A stretch of 64,000 nt of DNA from Lama glama (taxonomy: Eukaryota), in contig CM052816.1 of NCBI GenBank assembly GCA_028534125.1, forward strand, positions 25,980,001 to 26,044,000, in the 5' to 3' direction. Below the pieces are notes generated by a model. That model was not told where the DNA came from, searched no databases, and saw only the letters and a program-made list of their open reading frames with translations. Made by a program: the position numbers and the translations under genes. Position 1 is the first letter of the stretch; every line of letters begins with the position of its first letter. Positions 38,751 to 51,340 of the stretch are shown here, in pieces.

Positions 38751-39584
38751 TTGCATTCTCACTGCTCACATGTAATAAATCAAGCAACAGATGCTCAAGA
38801 AATGAAATGAGTTTCTCAGCCTCTTCTGGCTAGTGCTCTGTCCACTGACAGCTGCCCCTAGGAAAGTTGTCAGGCTCAAATGAACCAATTTGGATGTGTT
38901 TTCAAACTCTTGTGTTTTCTAGCTCTTCAAACTCTTGTCCTCAAATGGGGCAAGAGCTTCTTTTCTATTGCTTTCAGCTGTCTGCTGCCATCATCATTTC
39001 TTTTGTCACAACCGAGGCCGTGGTTGCAACTTGTAGATGAGTGAGAGCTGGAAAGGATGCATGCTCAGTGTTCCTTCAGCATGTGTCAAGTGTAGAGCAG
39101 AATGACAAAGCATCTTAAATTACATTGTGTTATTAGTTCCCCATAGAAGCTTGTCCTAGGGAGTCATGGAACAGATTAGCTCAATGAAAAACAAAACCCA
39201 CAATCATTTAGAGAAGGAGGGAGAGGATTTGGTTTAGATCAATTTAACTTAGTTTAGCTGTTTGTACCAGCCTGATACTCCATTCCTAATAGGATTTCCT
39301 ATCCTGGAAGTTCTTGAGAAGGGGACACTTTGTCTATGTAGTGAATTTCATCTATTACCCTGTCTCTGCTGCCACGGTATTAGTTGTAACCAGTGCAGCT
39401 GCCCAGACACCTTGGGATAGTTGGACAGTCTTCAATGTTCAAGAAATGAGGCTTATGTATCTTGTAACTTTTAGGGTTTCTAATAGGGGCTTTATTCTTA
39501 CCCTCACAGTGGCCATTCATGGCTGAATACTGACAGAACCCATACTGCGGTTTTCAGGAAGTGTATTCCAGAAGTTATGTTGAA

Positions 39585-40275
39585 TGTGGAATCCTCATAC
39601 ACTGTGAGTAGGGGTGTAACATAATAGAACCACTTTGAAATAAGTTTGTTACTGTTTTAAATGTTAAAGATATGATACCATATAACTCATAATTCCATTC
39701 ATGGGTATTTAATCAAGAGAAGTGGAAACATAAGTTCCTTACAACATGAGTGTTCATAGAAGCTTTACTCATAATAGCCCCAAACTGGAAACTACAGGTA
39801 AATAGATTTTAAAAATGTGTACTACACCCGCGCAATAGAATGCTCCTTGGCAGTAAGAAGGAATGAGCTACTGATATATACAGCAACATGGATGAAATTC
39901 AAATGCATTATGTGGAGCCAAACACAAAAGACTACATACTGAATGGTTGCATTTATGTGAAATTATAGGAAATGCAAACTAACGTATAGTGACAGAGTAG
40001 GTCACCTAGCGGTTATCTAGGTGTGGGAATGGAGGAAAGATTGACTGCACTGGGTTTGAGGAAACATTTGGGGGGTAAGACAAATGTTCTGAATCTTGAC
40101 TGTGGTGTGATAGACAGGAAGGGGTGTGTGTGTGTGTGTGTATATAATATATATATAATACATATATATAATATATATATTTACTCATATGTATTTAACA
40201 AAACTCATCAAACTGTGCAGTTAAAATGGATAAAGTTTATTACATCTTAATTACACATCAATAAAGAGAATTTTA
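39585..40275 (+). mobile_element. L1ME/MC-like 3' region with (TG)n(TA)n at ~40124-40180
   Basis: 'accactttgaaa', 'aattccattcatgggtatttaatcaagaga', 'cataatagccccaaactggaaac', 'gcaacatggatgaa', 'aaaactcatcaaactgt...caataaa'. Confidence 0.85.
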
Positions 40276-40989
40276 AAAAAGTTATGTTAAACTCCTTCAC
40301 TGAGTTGCCCTGAATGACTGAATCCCCCAGTGTCCTCCTTCCTGGTGGAAAATGTCCCTGCAGGAAATCTGACTAGACTGCTGAAAGTTTCTCCAATAAT
40401 TCATTGGCTTTTTGTATCTGGAAGCTCCCAAAAGGTTATGATCAAATTGATGTTTAGTTGCTCTCTTCCTGTATTTTGTTAGCAAAGGAGTGATGGAAAT
40501 ATATGGGCCAAGGTCTGTATTGTCTTGACAGATTGGCCTTTAAGAATGACTTCCATTCTAAGCGTGGATCTACACTTCTCATCTTTCTGACCCTTCAGCC
40601 TCGTATACGGATTTAAACAGACTATTGTGGGGATTGTGAATGGACAGCAAGAGGAAAACATTTTAAATCAAGTGAATCATCCCTCCTGCTATTCCACTGT
40701 ATGAGTGACTGCACCAGCAAGGGCTGGAGATGGGAAGGCTGAGAGCCCCGCTCCCCAGGGCCTCCTGCAGTTGAACATCTCCTCACTCTAAGCGTGATTC
40801 TAGTTTTTTAAAGAGGTGTGCTTTTCATACCAAATATCCCCTAAACTTAAGCCAATGGCTTATGCAATGCATCATTGAAGAAACAGTATGTTTCTTTGCT
40901 AGGAAGTTTAAGGGGATATATTCTTCCTTTTTATTAGAAGGAGCTGCAAACTCCTCAAAAAGAGGGATTTGGGTTCCATTCCAAGATGG

Positions 40990-41460
40990 TACTTAGCGAG
41001 GTAGCCCCAAGATGGCCCCCGTGATCCTGCTTCCCGTGCTTTTGAGTTGTCCCCTTTACCATGTGTAGCAGGGCTGCTCCACGTGACAAATAGAATTGGT
41101 GGAACTGATGGTCTGTGACTTGTGAGACTTGGTCATAAAGGACATTGCCACTTTTGCTTGCTTTCTCTAGAATCAATTGTTCTGAGGGAAGCTGACACTC
41201 AAGCATCCCTAGAAAATTTTACATGTCAGGAAGCTGAGGCCTCCTGCCACCCACCTGCACCCACTTACCAGCCCATGTGAGGGAGTCATCTTGGAAGCAG
41301 GTCCTTCAGCATCAGGAGAGAGTCAGGATGACCACAGCCTCCCCTACAACCACCCCACTACATCATTCTCAAATCTATGACTCACAGGAACTGTGAAGTA
41401 ATAAATAAATATCACTAAATTTTGAGGCTCTCTGTTATGCAGCAATGGATAGTGAATTTA
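40990..41460 (+). mobile_element. MLT1 (E/F-like) LTR
   Basis: 'ccaagatggcccccgtgatcc', 'gaagctgaggcctcctgcca', 'catcttggaagcaggtcct', 'cacaggaactgtga...ttatgcagcaat'. Confidence 0.75.
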
Positions 41461-42374
41461 ATTAGAGTCCTGAAGGATCTCAGGGACTCTTGGGTGACTA
41501 ACTCCCTTTCCCATGAAGCATCCAGTTTGAGTACCACAGCGGTTACAATGGTTCCAAAAACTTTAGGCAGAGTTTCAGGTGTAGTTCGTGTACTGTCACT
41601 TTGATCCATATAACTGCTCTGTGAGCTGGATGTTCTTTATAACCCCATTTCACAGATGAGGAAATTGGAGTCCAGAAAATTTCAAGGTCACTTAGGTAAG
41701 ATTGACTAGCTTGAGAGCCCACAGTGTTAACCTCTAATGTTATACAACCTCACTTTGTAACTCTATTCTCATTCCAGTTACTTTATATTCTGTTTTATGT
41801 AGGATTTTTAATTTGTTTTCATTTTTCTCTAAATGAGAGGCAAAGTGAATTACAGGCACAGAGCTATTATACTTGTCCCCCTTGTGTGAAAGCTGAGTAA
41901 CTCAATAAACTAGGTTTCTGTGAATCTGAGATCTTAGAATGTGGTATCTTTGATGCATGTAACGATTTTCCTAGTAGTTTCCTGGTTCCTAGACCAAACC
42001 AGGTGAGGAGGAAGTATATTACTTCTCTTAGTATCTTCTGGGATTTTTTTTTAAGCTAAGTTGCCTAAAATAGCTGTGCTCATACTAGTTAAAAAAAAAA
42101 AGGGTCAGTTTTCTAGAAATTATTGTTTCAATATGTTCATGGAAACTTTATCAGTCAAAAAGTTTTAGTTTGATCCTAGAAAGTGGAATTCATCATGCTC
42201 AGGAAGTGTTTTCCATGTCTTTAACCAACACAAGAATTGATTTATTTTTTAGTTACTAAATCCTCCCTTAAAGGGAATCTGTGCCTTATTTTATTATTAA
42301 TAGCTATCTCTGTTCAGCGCTGTATGGCTGGATTGTATGAATGTGCCTTGAATATATAATTTTTAAAAATTCTT

Positions 42375-42550
42375 CTTAAGTACCTCTAAAAGTAAATACT
42401 GATGCTATCCTCATTTTGAAGATGGGGAAAACGAGGGTGAAAGAAATGATGTCCTTGTCCAAGGACATCCAGCTCATAAATGGCAGACTTGCGATTTGAA
42501 CACATATCTGCCTAAGTCCAGGCCTGAGCTTTTTTCTGCTACTGCTCCTG
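42375..42550 (-). mobile_element. MIR SINE
   Basis: 'tatcctcattttgaagatggggaaaacgagg...cttgtccaaggacatccagct...aaatggcaga...gatttgaac'. Confidence 0.75.
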
Positions 42551-43214
42551 CCTCACTCTGAAAAAACTGACAAAAATATTGAACATATAAGAGCCAAATG
42601 GTCGAATAGAGTAGAAACCTATTTAAGTGGCTTTGGTATTCAGATGTAATTATCGAGTTAATGGATTTCTATGTTAGGGTATAAAGGTGTACATACTTGG
42701 CTGTGATTAAAACCAGTGACATGAAACTAGTTCTTTTATGTGAAGAGTTTTAGAGTAGACTTCTGCTTTGTTTTATTATTACTATTGCTTCGTGTGCGAT
42801 CCATTCTGTTTTGTTTATTTCTTTATTAAAGTGTAGTTAACATACTATCACACTGCTTTAGTGAAAGAACATTGTGATATGTAAATTTCTCTAGTCACTA
42901 AATGTAGCTCAGGCTTTTAGTCATCTGTTTTTTATCTGTTAAAAACTAATTTTCAATCAGATGAGGTACATAAAACCATGGATCTGCTTAATGATAGAGT
43001 CATTAGATAGATAGCTAGTTTCCATGTGCCAAAGCTAGTGATTTTGGCAATGCATTTATACCTTCCTTTTAAAGTACTTTAGATCTAGCACATAGTGATT
43101 TGGGTCAATGTGGACTTAATGTTCACCTCTTTTTTTTTTTTTTTTAACTTGGAAGCCAACAGCAATTTCAGAAGTAGGCTTCATGCAATCTCTGTTACAC
43201 TTATTGCTAGGACA

Positions 43215-43273
43215 GTTTTTTTTTTCTTTTAACTTTTTTTTATTGATTTATAATAATTTTACAATGTTGTGTC
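43215..43273 (-). mobile_element. Very short L1 3' terminus (camelid-like, tentative)
   Basis: Poly-T then 'aacttttttttattgatttataataattttacaatgttgtgtc'; lineage assignment from memory. Confidence 0.6.
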
Positions 43274-46200
43274 TTGATATATTTTTTTCTTTTGTAAAGT
43301 ACTAGATGCTGGCAGTAATAAGCATGAAAATATTTATGGAAGTGAAGAATAGATAAGTTTTTCCACAGCCAGACTTTTATGTCACTTTTTTCCCAACTCA
43401 TTTTTCATCATCTCATATGAATTTAATATTGCATGACCCCAATGATTGCATACAAACTCAAGAGTCACCCTAGGGGTGATGGTACTAGATTTCCTGTGCC
43501 AGAAAGGCTCATGCACAGGTAAAAATTTCTTCACAAAAATCCAGCTGTGATATGCACACTTCAGTGCAAATGTACGTAACCTGGAGAACTCTCTTAAAGA
43601 AGAGAATGTAAAGGAGTTTGGCAAAACTTACCCTGAGGATAAATTATACTCTGGTTTGCAGAAACACTGGGCTAAAGAAATTAATGTGGAATACCAATGT
43701 GAATACCCTAAATGGGCCTATTAGAGTCAGGAAAAATAAATACAAATTAAATGGTAACTACTTATTAATGGTTTATGCTATTACATTGTGTTATTTTTCC
43801 AACTTAAAAAACACTTTAATTCAGCTTTTCTTCGTCACTATTCACGCATGTGTAGAATTCAATAAATCCAATCCAATCTAGTAAAATACTCTTCTCCCAT
43901 TTATGATAGGCACAAAGATCTCTCTCACATGTACAAATGATATGAAGCCTATGAAAACGCAGCTTTGTAGGTCGTGATTATGACATACTTTGGTAAAACT
44001 GCAGTGACATTGGCAATGGAATGTGACATGGACTGTATTAAAGAACAAGTCAGATTAAGTAATTAATTAACTAATTAATATAGTTGTTTATGAAATAGTG
44101 GCTGCAGGCATGCTGTGCTATGTATAACCCCCCTGCAGTGATATTGAGAGTATTTTGGATTTGGCCACTATCTCATTCTTCCTATCCAATTCGATACATT
44201 TCTCCTAAGGTACACAGAGGGATAGGACAGGAAGTATCTCCTGAATATTCCGTGGCTCTGAGCTGTTGTAAGAAATCTAGCTCACCCTCCCTCTGTGACT
44301 TTGGTGTTGGGCTCATGGATACTCCAGAATGCATTCCTATGCAGAAGAAGAAGATGGGCCGTAGGGAGATGTCAGGGTCCTGATGTCCTCCATGCGGCAT
44401 TCCTGTATGATGGCAAAGACTGAATGGGTTCATGATCTGCAACTAGTAACTAGCTCTTTTAATTCCTACTGGCAAGAAAGGCAATAATCAAATGGGTCCT
44501 ATGGGAATGAATTATAATGATGGTAGCAATAAGCCTTCAAGTGAATTATACTAATTAATTTCTGTAGGTCAGCGTTATCTATCACCTCCATCATAAAAGA
44601 CAGGAAAGCCTCCATCCAGAAAAACAAAGTTGCATTTCAAAAGCTTTTTTGGAGTGGGCATCCAGGGATTGCAATTTGTAGCTTTGCATTCCAAATGGGA
44701 TGTTGAGTTTAGAGAACCAGGACCATGCCCAAGGGGTTAGCCCTCCTTCTCTTTAGAGGTCATACACAGGAGAGATGAGGAGCAAGCACTTGGAGGACCC
44801 AGTAGGGTTGCTGTTACTGCTGTCTTGGCAGGACTTGTGCTGCAAATCAACAAACTTCAGTCCTGAAGACTCTCTAGTGTGTAACTCTGAAGGCGTGAAA
44901 TTTATACACGCACAATGGTGATTCAGTAGCCTACTGCCCAGTAGGACTGCTCTTTAAAAATTAAAACAAGATTGAGTTTTCTATAAGAGAAAGCAGCTCT
45001 GCCTTAGAAATTGACTCCACTCATCTCTGCATAAGAGCTAATGTAAGTCTTTTGTGAATATGTTTTCTCCCAGGCACTGTCTTATGTTAGTGCAAATGAG
45101 TTTTTTTAAAAAAAAAGCAGATTGCATAGGAACGAAAATGAGAGAGTTTATTCTTCAAGTGGTTTGTCATCAACCATTCAGTCTTGCTAACTCAAGACAG
45201 AATGTACAACCACAATAACGGGTTTTCTGCCATTTTGGGAGGCATGTATGCTAACAAAATTTATTTGAACAGGATGGAAAATTGCTAATGCTAGAAGACT
45301 TTAATGTCACATTAGTTCAAGAATTCAACTCCCAGCTATGTTGGCTCTGTGACAGGTATGCTTGCGACCACAACAGCATCACGTATTGAAAATGCTGCAT
45401 ACTTTCCACACTAGAGGTGACTATGTTTAGATTTTTTTTTTCACAGCTAGGGCATTTGTGAAATCATTTGCTGTGAATAGCACAAGTATACATGTCAGAA
45501 TCTTGTTCCTTGCTGTTAGGCATTCTAGCTTTTGGAGTTTGGCAGCATTTTTTGAGTTTCCTCAGTGACTAACAGCTTCATGTGGGAAATAATACATGAT
45601 ATTACATCTTGCAACCAATTACAAGATAAAGGCATATAATTGATGCCTAAGTCAACTCTCCGTTTTGATAATAGGCTAGTTTGGCATGAACCTTTACACA
45701 GAATATTCAGATTGAAATAGGTATTTCCTTTTAGGTAAAACTTTCATCAACTCTACCTGGGGCATTGATCAATTTTAGCACTTTTCTGTCTCCCCAGAAT
45801 TGGAATATTTTTGGACTGCTGTCAAAGCTGACTCCACTGCAGTCCTAAGGGTTATATTCAAGGTCACGTGACTGTTTACTGCTTCAATAAAAAGCAACTT
45901 ACAAATGCAAAATGCTATTCACTATTTATCCGTCTCATGTATTCATGCGATGCTTGTTGGCTTACTGTAGTGTCTGCTTGATATGTATTCCACAGCACAC
46001 TTTCTGTTTCTGCAAAACTGCACATTATATCATTTTTGCATCTGACACTGACTTTGTTCTCAGGAAGTGTTCTGATAACAAAGGGAAAAAGAAGATGCTA
46101 CAATGAGGAGCTATGCAACCCTTGCAGATTCGCTTAACTTGCTGAAAACACAGGGGGATTTTAGAGGGCGCGCTGACCTTGAATAATGAGAAATCCCACA

Positions 46201-46569
46201 GTGAATGGTTTTAAACCATAGTTCATTCCCAGATCTTGTCTCTGTACTTCCTGGTTTGCTTGTTTATTTTAAGTTCCTTATTATACAGCAGGGAGACGTC
46301 AAGGTTTACATGAAACCCCAAACAACCTCACGGGGAAACCCAACATTATTTATTCTGCTTTCTGCCGCGGGGAATTGAGAACAATGATTTTAAGGTTATT
46401 TCTTTCTCTTTTCTTGGAAGACTTTGGATTCGAAGCTTTAAATGGTGACGTCTCTAAATTCAGCAATTTTAGGACTGCATTTGGGACAGCTCTGCTCATT
46501 CATTGACATAATCAGGCTGCATAGATTTGAAGTTCTCATCCTCATACTGAAATTTGGGACAAACCAGAT

Positions 46570-47125
46570 CTTGGTTGGAGTCAGGCTCCCATACTCCGGA
46601 GTTGTAGGAATTAACTGACCATTACCCTCTTTGAACATTAGTTTCCTCATCTAGAAAAGGCAGATAAAAATGCCCACCTTGAAAGGTTGCTGTCTGTCTG
46701 TATGTCTGTAACAGATTCATTAAATGTTGGTTCCCTTCCCACTCTTCTTTGCTCTTGGAGAGGATAAAGTAACTTTTCTTTCATGTTCATTCACTTCTTT
46801 GAAGTACATTTAGTTACAGTGATACCTGTTGAAAGTATTAGGTAGAAAAGTAATGTTAGTAACTTTTCCAAAACTAATGCCAGTCCGCCCAGTGGTCAAA
46901 TCAGACACAAGATATCTTGAAGTATGTTGGCTCCAGGATGCAGATCCTGATCCTCCCACCCACTAACTGGCTGACTTTATCCTCTCCAAGTCTTAATTTC
47001 CTCAACCATAAACGAGCTTATACTTAGAGAAATTCTAGTAACAACATCCATGAGAGCTGTAAAGCTTAAATGAGGTAATGTGGGTATCAAGTGATTGGAA
47101 TGTTTTGCACATAGTAGGGTCTCAG
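46570..47125 (+). mobile_element. Two MIR fragments (~46570-46730 and ~46910-47125)
   Basis: 'tagtttcctcatctagaaaagg...ataaaaatgcccacctt', 'ttaatttcctcaaccataaa...ttaaatgaggtaatgt...gcacatagtagg'. Confidence 0.6.
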
Positions 47126-50100
47126 CCATATTCTCTACACAGTGTACCTGTAAGTTTCCTTTTAGGCTTGGATCCTCTATTGGATTGTAGCCTGAGACCT
47201 AGTCATTCAATCACACAATTGGTATGTTAAGAAAGATGTGGGCAAGACCAATAGTAGCATTAGTTATCATTTTTTATTAAGTTTTTGCCACTTTTGTTTT
47301 CAATATAACCTCTTTGCTTGAGGATATGTGATGGAGATGTGTCATGTGGCAGGGTGGCTCTACTTAATGAACCTAAAAATTAGTATTCTAAGAGTGAAGG
47401 CGTAAGATTTGTTTTCTCTATTTATTGCTTAAAGATGAAAGATGATTTCCAATGATATCAATATTTGCTATAATTTTGTTAGCATCTCCTGAATCTTTAA
47501 TTTGAATATTTGGAGGGAAAAACAGCCTTGGCCTCGCTGGAAGCTTCTGTTTTGATCTGCAGGGACACAGGGCGAGTGTGAGTAAAAAAGCAGTGACCTG
47601 TGCATTAACAGTGGAAGGTAAACCTTTTCTGTGTTCTAAGAGTGAATTAGCTCTGAAGGTAAATTATTGCTTCGAGCTGAAAGAAGGCCTCTCATAAGTT
47701 CATGTACAGCAGGGGACAGAGTGGTGACAGGTGTACTAAGGTTGGGGGACAACGAAACCTACATTGTTTTTTAAACAATGGGCTGACAGAGTGCATGTTT
47801 TTAACCATTTCCAGATGCAAGCCACCAAGTCACATGGGAGATTTATTTCCTTTACAACAGAAGTCAATTGGGCATGACACCAATGTATTGTTTCAAGAAA
47901 AGTCTAAGTCAACTAAATCTAGACTCAGTAGGAAATTTAAAGAGAAGCAATTTCTGTTATCGGTTTTAATGAATACCATTAAGTGATAACCAAAAAGAGA
48001 GAAGAAAAAAAGATTAGGGATGGCTCAGAAAACATCCTTCCCACTCTTCTAAATTATCATGACAACACAATCTTTAGCTGTGAAGTTAATTTCCTCCGTA
48101 ATTACTTTCTATTTAGAGGTGCGATTGCTTAGAAACACCCTCCTGGCTGAAAAAGCTTTTTGATTCTGGCACGGATGAGGAAGAAGGGGTCCCCAGCACC
48201 ACGCGGCAAGTAGTTATTTTCCTTGCTTCCCCCTGAGCACTTACCCATTGGGGAGCCTCAGGAGTCCCTCCCATCCCAGTGGCTGCCTCTCATCCTGAGA
48301 GCAGTGGGCAGGAGCATTCACATTAGAGAGACTCTCAGGAAAAAGCTTCGTTGGCTGGATGTGAATGGCACTTGCATTGAATTCAAGGGGCTCTCTGAAG
48401 GCACTTAGCTCTTCTTCTGTTCCCAGGATGGAAGGAAGGTGTGGTAAATGGGCCCTGCCATTATAGTTCAGTAGGTAAGGAGACTGTGTACTTAGAAGAG
48501 AAATATATTTCAGAACAAGATTAATGCTGGTCTCTTTAGGCTCTTTTGAATACAATTGAATTATTGCAAGCTTATTTCCCCTACAGCCCAAATGAATGTA
48601 TTCTAATATTTCCATCACCCAAATCATGGTTTCCAACCATCTCTTTTATAGTCACTGTGTGGAGGGGGTGGGTGTGGGGGGACAAAAGCAGAAAGAAAAA
48701 AGTCCCAGCTCAGACTTGCTGTCTTTGAGTTGGTCATGAGGTCTTCACCCTAAGGACTGGAAACTAGGGCAAGTTACTTTGTGACGAGGTGGGCCAATTT
48801 TCGCTTTTCGAACCACTAGCAAAAAATGAGGCCAAAGGATTCTGAGAAATGATGCTCAGAGATGAATCCCCAGCTTCTCTGACGTTTCATGAAAAATCGG
48901 AGGATGTTCACGACAGTCCTGAGTCTGGCTTGTGGAGGCTCTAATTCTATTACCGCCTCATCCAGGAACATTATTTTTGCTCATTAACGAGATGGCATCA
49001 TAATGGTGCTGGAGGCAGCCAGAGTGATTAGCAAAGCGCCTCCTTCCATTCTTCAAAATGTCATCAACACACTGGTCAGGAAACAAACTCATTTTCTGAC
49101 TCGGCCATGATTTGCAGCATTTCAGGCACTGATGATAGCTTGTCTGCTTGGTTTAAAAGAGCCCCTGATATAACAGAACCTGACACTGTTTACTTCAGCC
49201 TATTATGCCTGCTGCATTCACTGAATGCTTCACTGGAGAAGAAAAATCGAAAGAAGGCTATTCATTGTAATGCCAGCTGCTTTTTAAAAAAGGAAATCAA
49301 TTTTTGCTTGAGCTTAGAATGTACTCCGCGGGTCCAAAGTGACCTACCACTTTTGATGTCAACCACAAAAGGATCTGCCTGAATTTTCCACAACAATCAC
49401 CCCAGAGCTCAAAGAACATTGAAAATCCTAGATTAGTTTCATTTTAGTTTATGTTCAAATTGGTATCCACTCATCCCAACAATATCAAAATAGAAAGCCT
49501 TGGGTGACAGCCCTTGAATGCCACGCTGTTGGAGAGCTCGGGCTTCACCGTACGTCTGGGCTGGGTTTTGTTATAAATTACTTGGCAGGACCATTTTATG
49601 ACGGAAATAATTAGTTATGTTTAGTATTTATAGCTAGTATCATGATACCTTTCTGCGCTGCTAATTAATTATTTTATGGCCAGCATGTTTCAAATGCAAT
49701 TAGTTAGGTATGGCAATGATCATAATATTTTGCATATTCATGACAACATTCTGCCTATTTACAGCAAAACTTGGGTGTCAAAATCAGTTATTTTCCTTTT
49801 GTTATTAGGCGGAATAATTACAGGAAACAATAACAATGATCTCTTGCATGTGAATAACATTTTACAACTGAGCACCTCCATTTATGTCACCCATGCGGGT
49901 GCCTCTGTGGTTTCTTACAGGGGAATGGAAACTCCATATGGTGACACGTTTTGGCTGGGTTGTTAGCCAGCTTGAAGGTCACCAGCGGAGGCTTTTGCTC
50001 TTTTTACATGTAGTTGGCGTCTTGTTTGGCCCAGGGGATCGACTGGTTGCTAAAGAAAGGGTATTGGGAAAGAGAATATTTGGTCTGGGTGGGAAAACAA

Positions 50101-51264
50101 AGAAGTCAGCTTGCACTAGTTTGTTTAGAACAAAGCCCCAAGCTATTTATTATTTGGGGCTAAATAATAAACAAAAGAATAAGTAAGCTAGACAATAATA
50201 ACTATTACTATTTTAAAATAGAGTGCCTCTAAATAGAAGAAAAACTTCCTGAGGTTTTCTGCACTGTGGGGGGAGCTTAGAAGACAGATTGAGTTATTGC
50301 TTAACCACACTCTGTATCCAGCAGGCCCACTGCCTTGTGTCGAACTATTGAGTGCTTCTTAAATCCTGTAAGTCTAGACATAGTATTGCCCTGCGAAGCC
50401 TGGGAATGTTCTCAATTAGCTTGTGGACAAGATCAATGACACAGGCTCTCTTCCAGATCTGCGCCGATTTCTCTTTACTTTAAGCCTCCCGGACTAGCCA
50501 TAATCCTCCATTTCCTTTTCCCCACATGTGCTCTGCAAAGTGCTGAAAAGAGTGAAAAATCAAGAAAAATATTGTCCACTGAGAACTGAGATTCAGTCGT
50601 GAATTTCCTTTCACAGAACATACGTGAGACTGGGCTGTGGGGGCGCGCAGAGCTGGAGTGGGGTGGGGAAATGAAACGTTGACATATTTTCAGGTTTTGC
50701 ACCTCCAAGTCTGGCTACCAAGAAAAAGAATATGAAAAAAAATAGCCGTCAATGAATTTAGATTTTTGGTGAAAGGTGTCATGTATCCCCTTGTGAAAAA
50801 CTGCTTACACATGTAGACTCCTTGATCAGATTACCCTGTTTTCCTATCTGAAGGACAAGAAAGTCTTTTTTTTTCTTTCTTTCTTTTTTTCTGTCCCCAA
50901 ATTCTCTCCTGCTTTTCCTTTAAGCCCATTTTCATTCATTGGATTTGTGGCAGATGTGAAGAGCAAACAGACTTTGAAGTTAATAATCATTATCTTCTCA
51001 TTTCTTGGGATAAAGGCAAAGAGAATCCCTTCAGCCTTCCCTCAGAACCATCCTTTATCCCTTTAATCATCTTTGTCACGTCTCTGAACTCACTCCAGTT
51101 TCCCCACATCTGCACATGACAAGCTTGAGTTCTCCGTGTTCTTAAACCTACCCCCACCTCCATTCTCGAAAACATCTGCCAGCTCTTGAGGCCAAGTCTA
51201 GAAGTCATCCGTCTGTTGAACAACTCTGGGATCGGTCACAGGCTAGCTGTTTTTGTTGCCTTTC

Positions 51265-51340
51265 AAGCAAAAAAATAAATAAATAAATAAATAAATAAAG
51301 AAAAAAGATCCATAAAAAACACAAGATAAAAAAAAAAAAA
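51265..51340. repeat. A-rich low-complexity tract including (TAAA)n
   Basis: Direct reading. Confidence 0.85.

Noticed and set aside
46064..46140. Acceptor ctgactttgttctcag followed by a possible coding exon
   Set aside because: All three frames stop within ~75 nt and there is no clear donor
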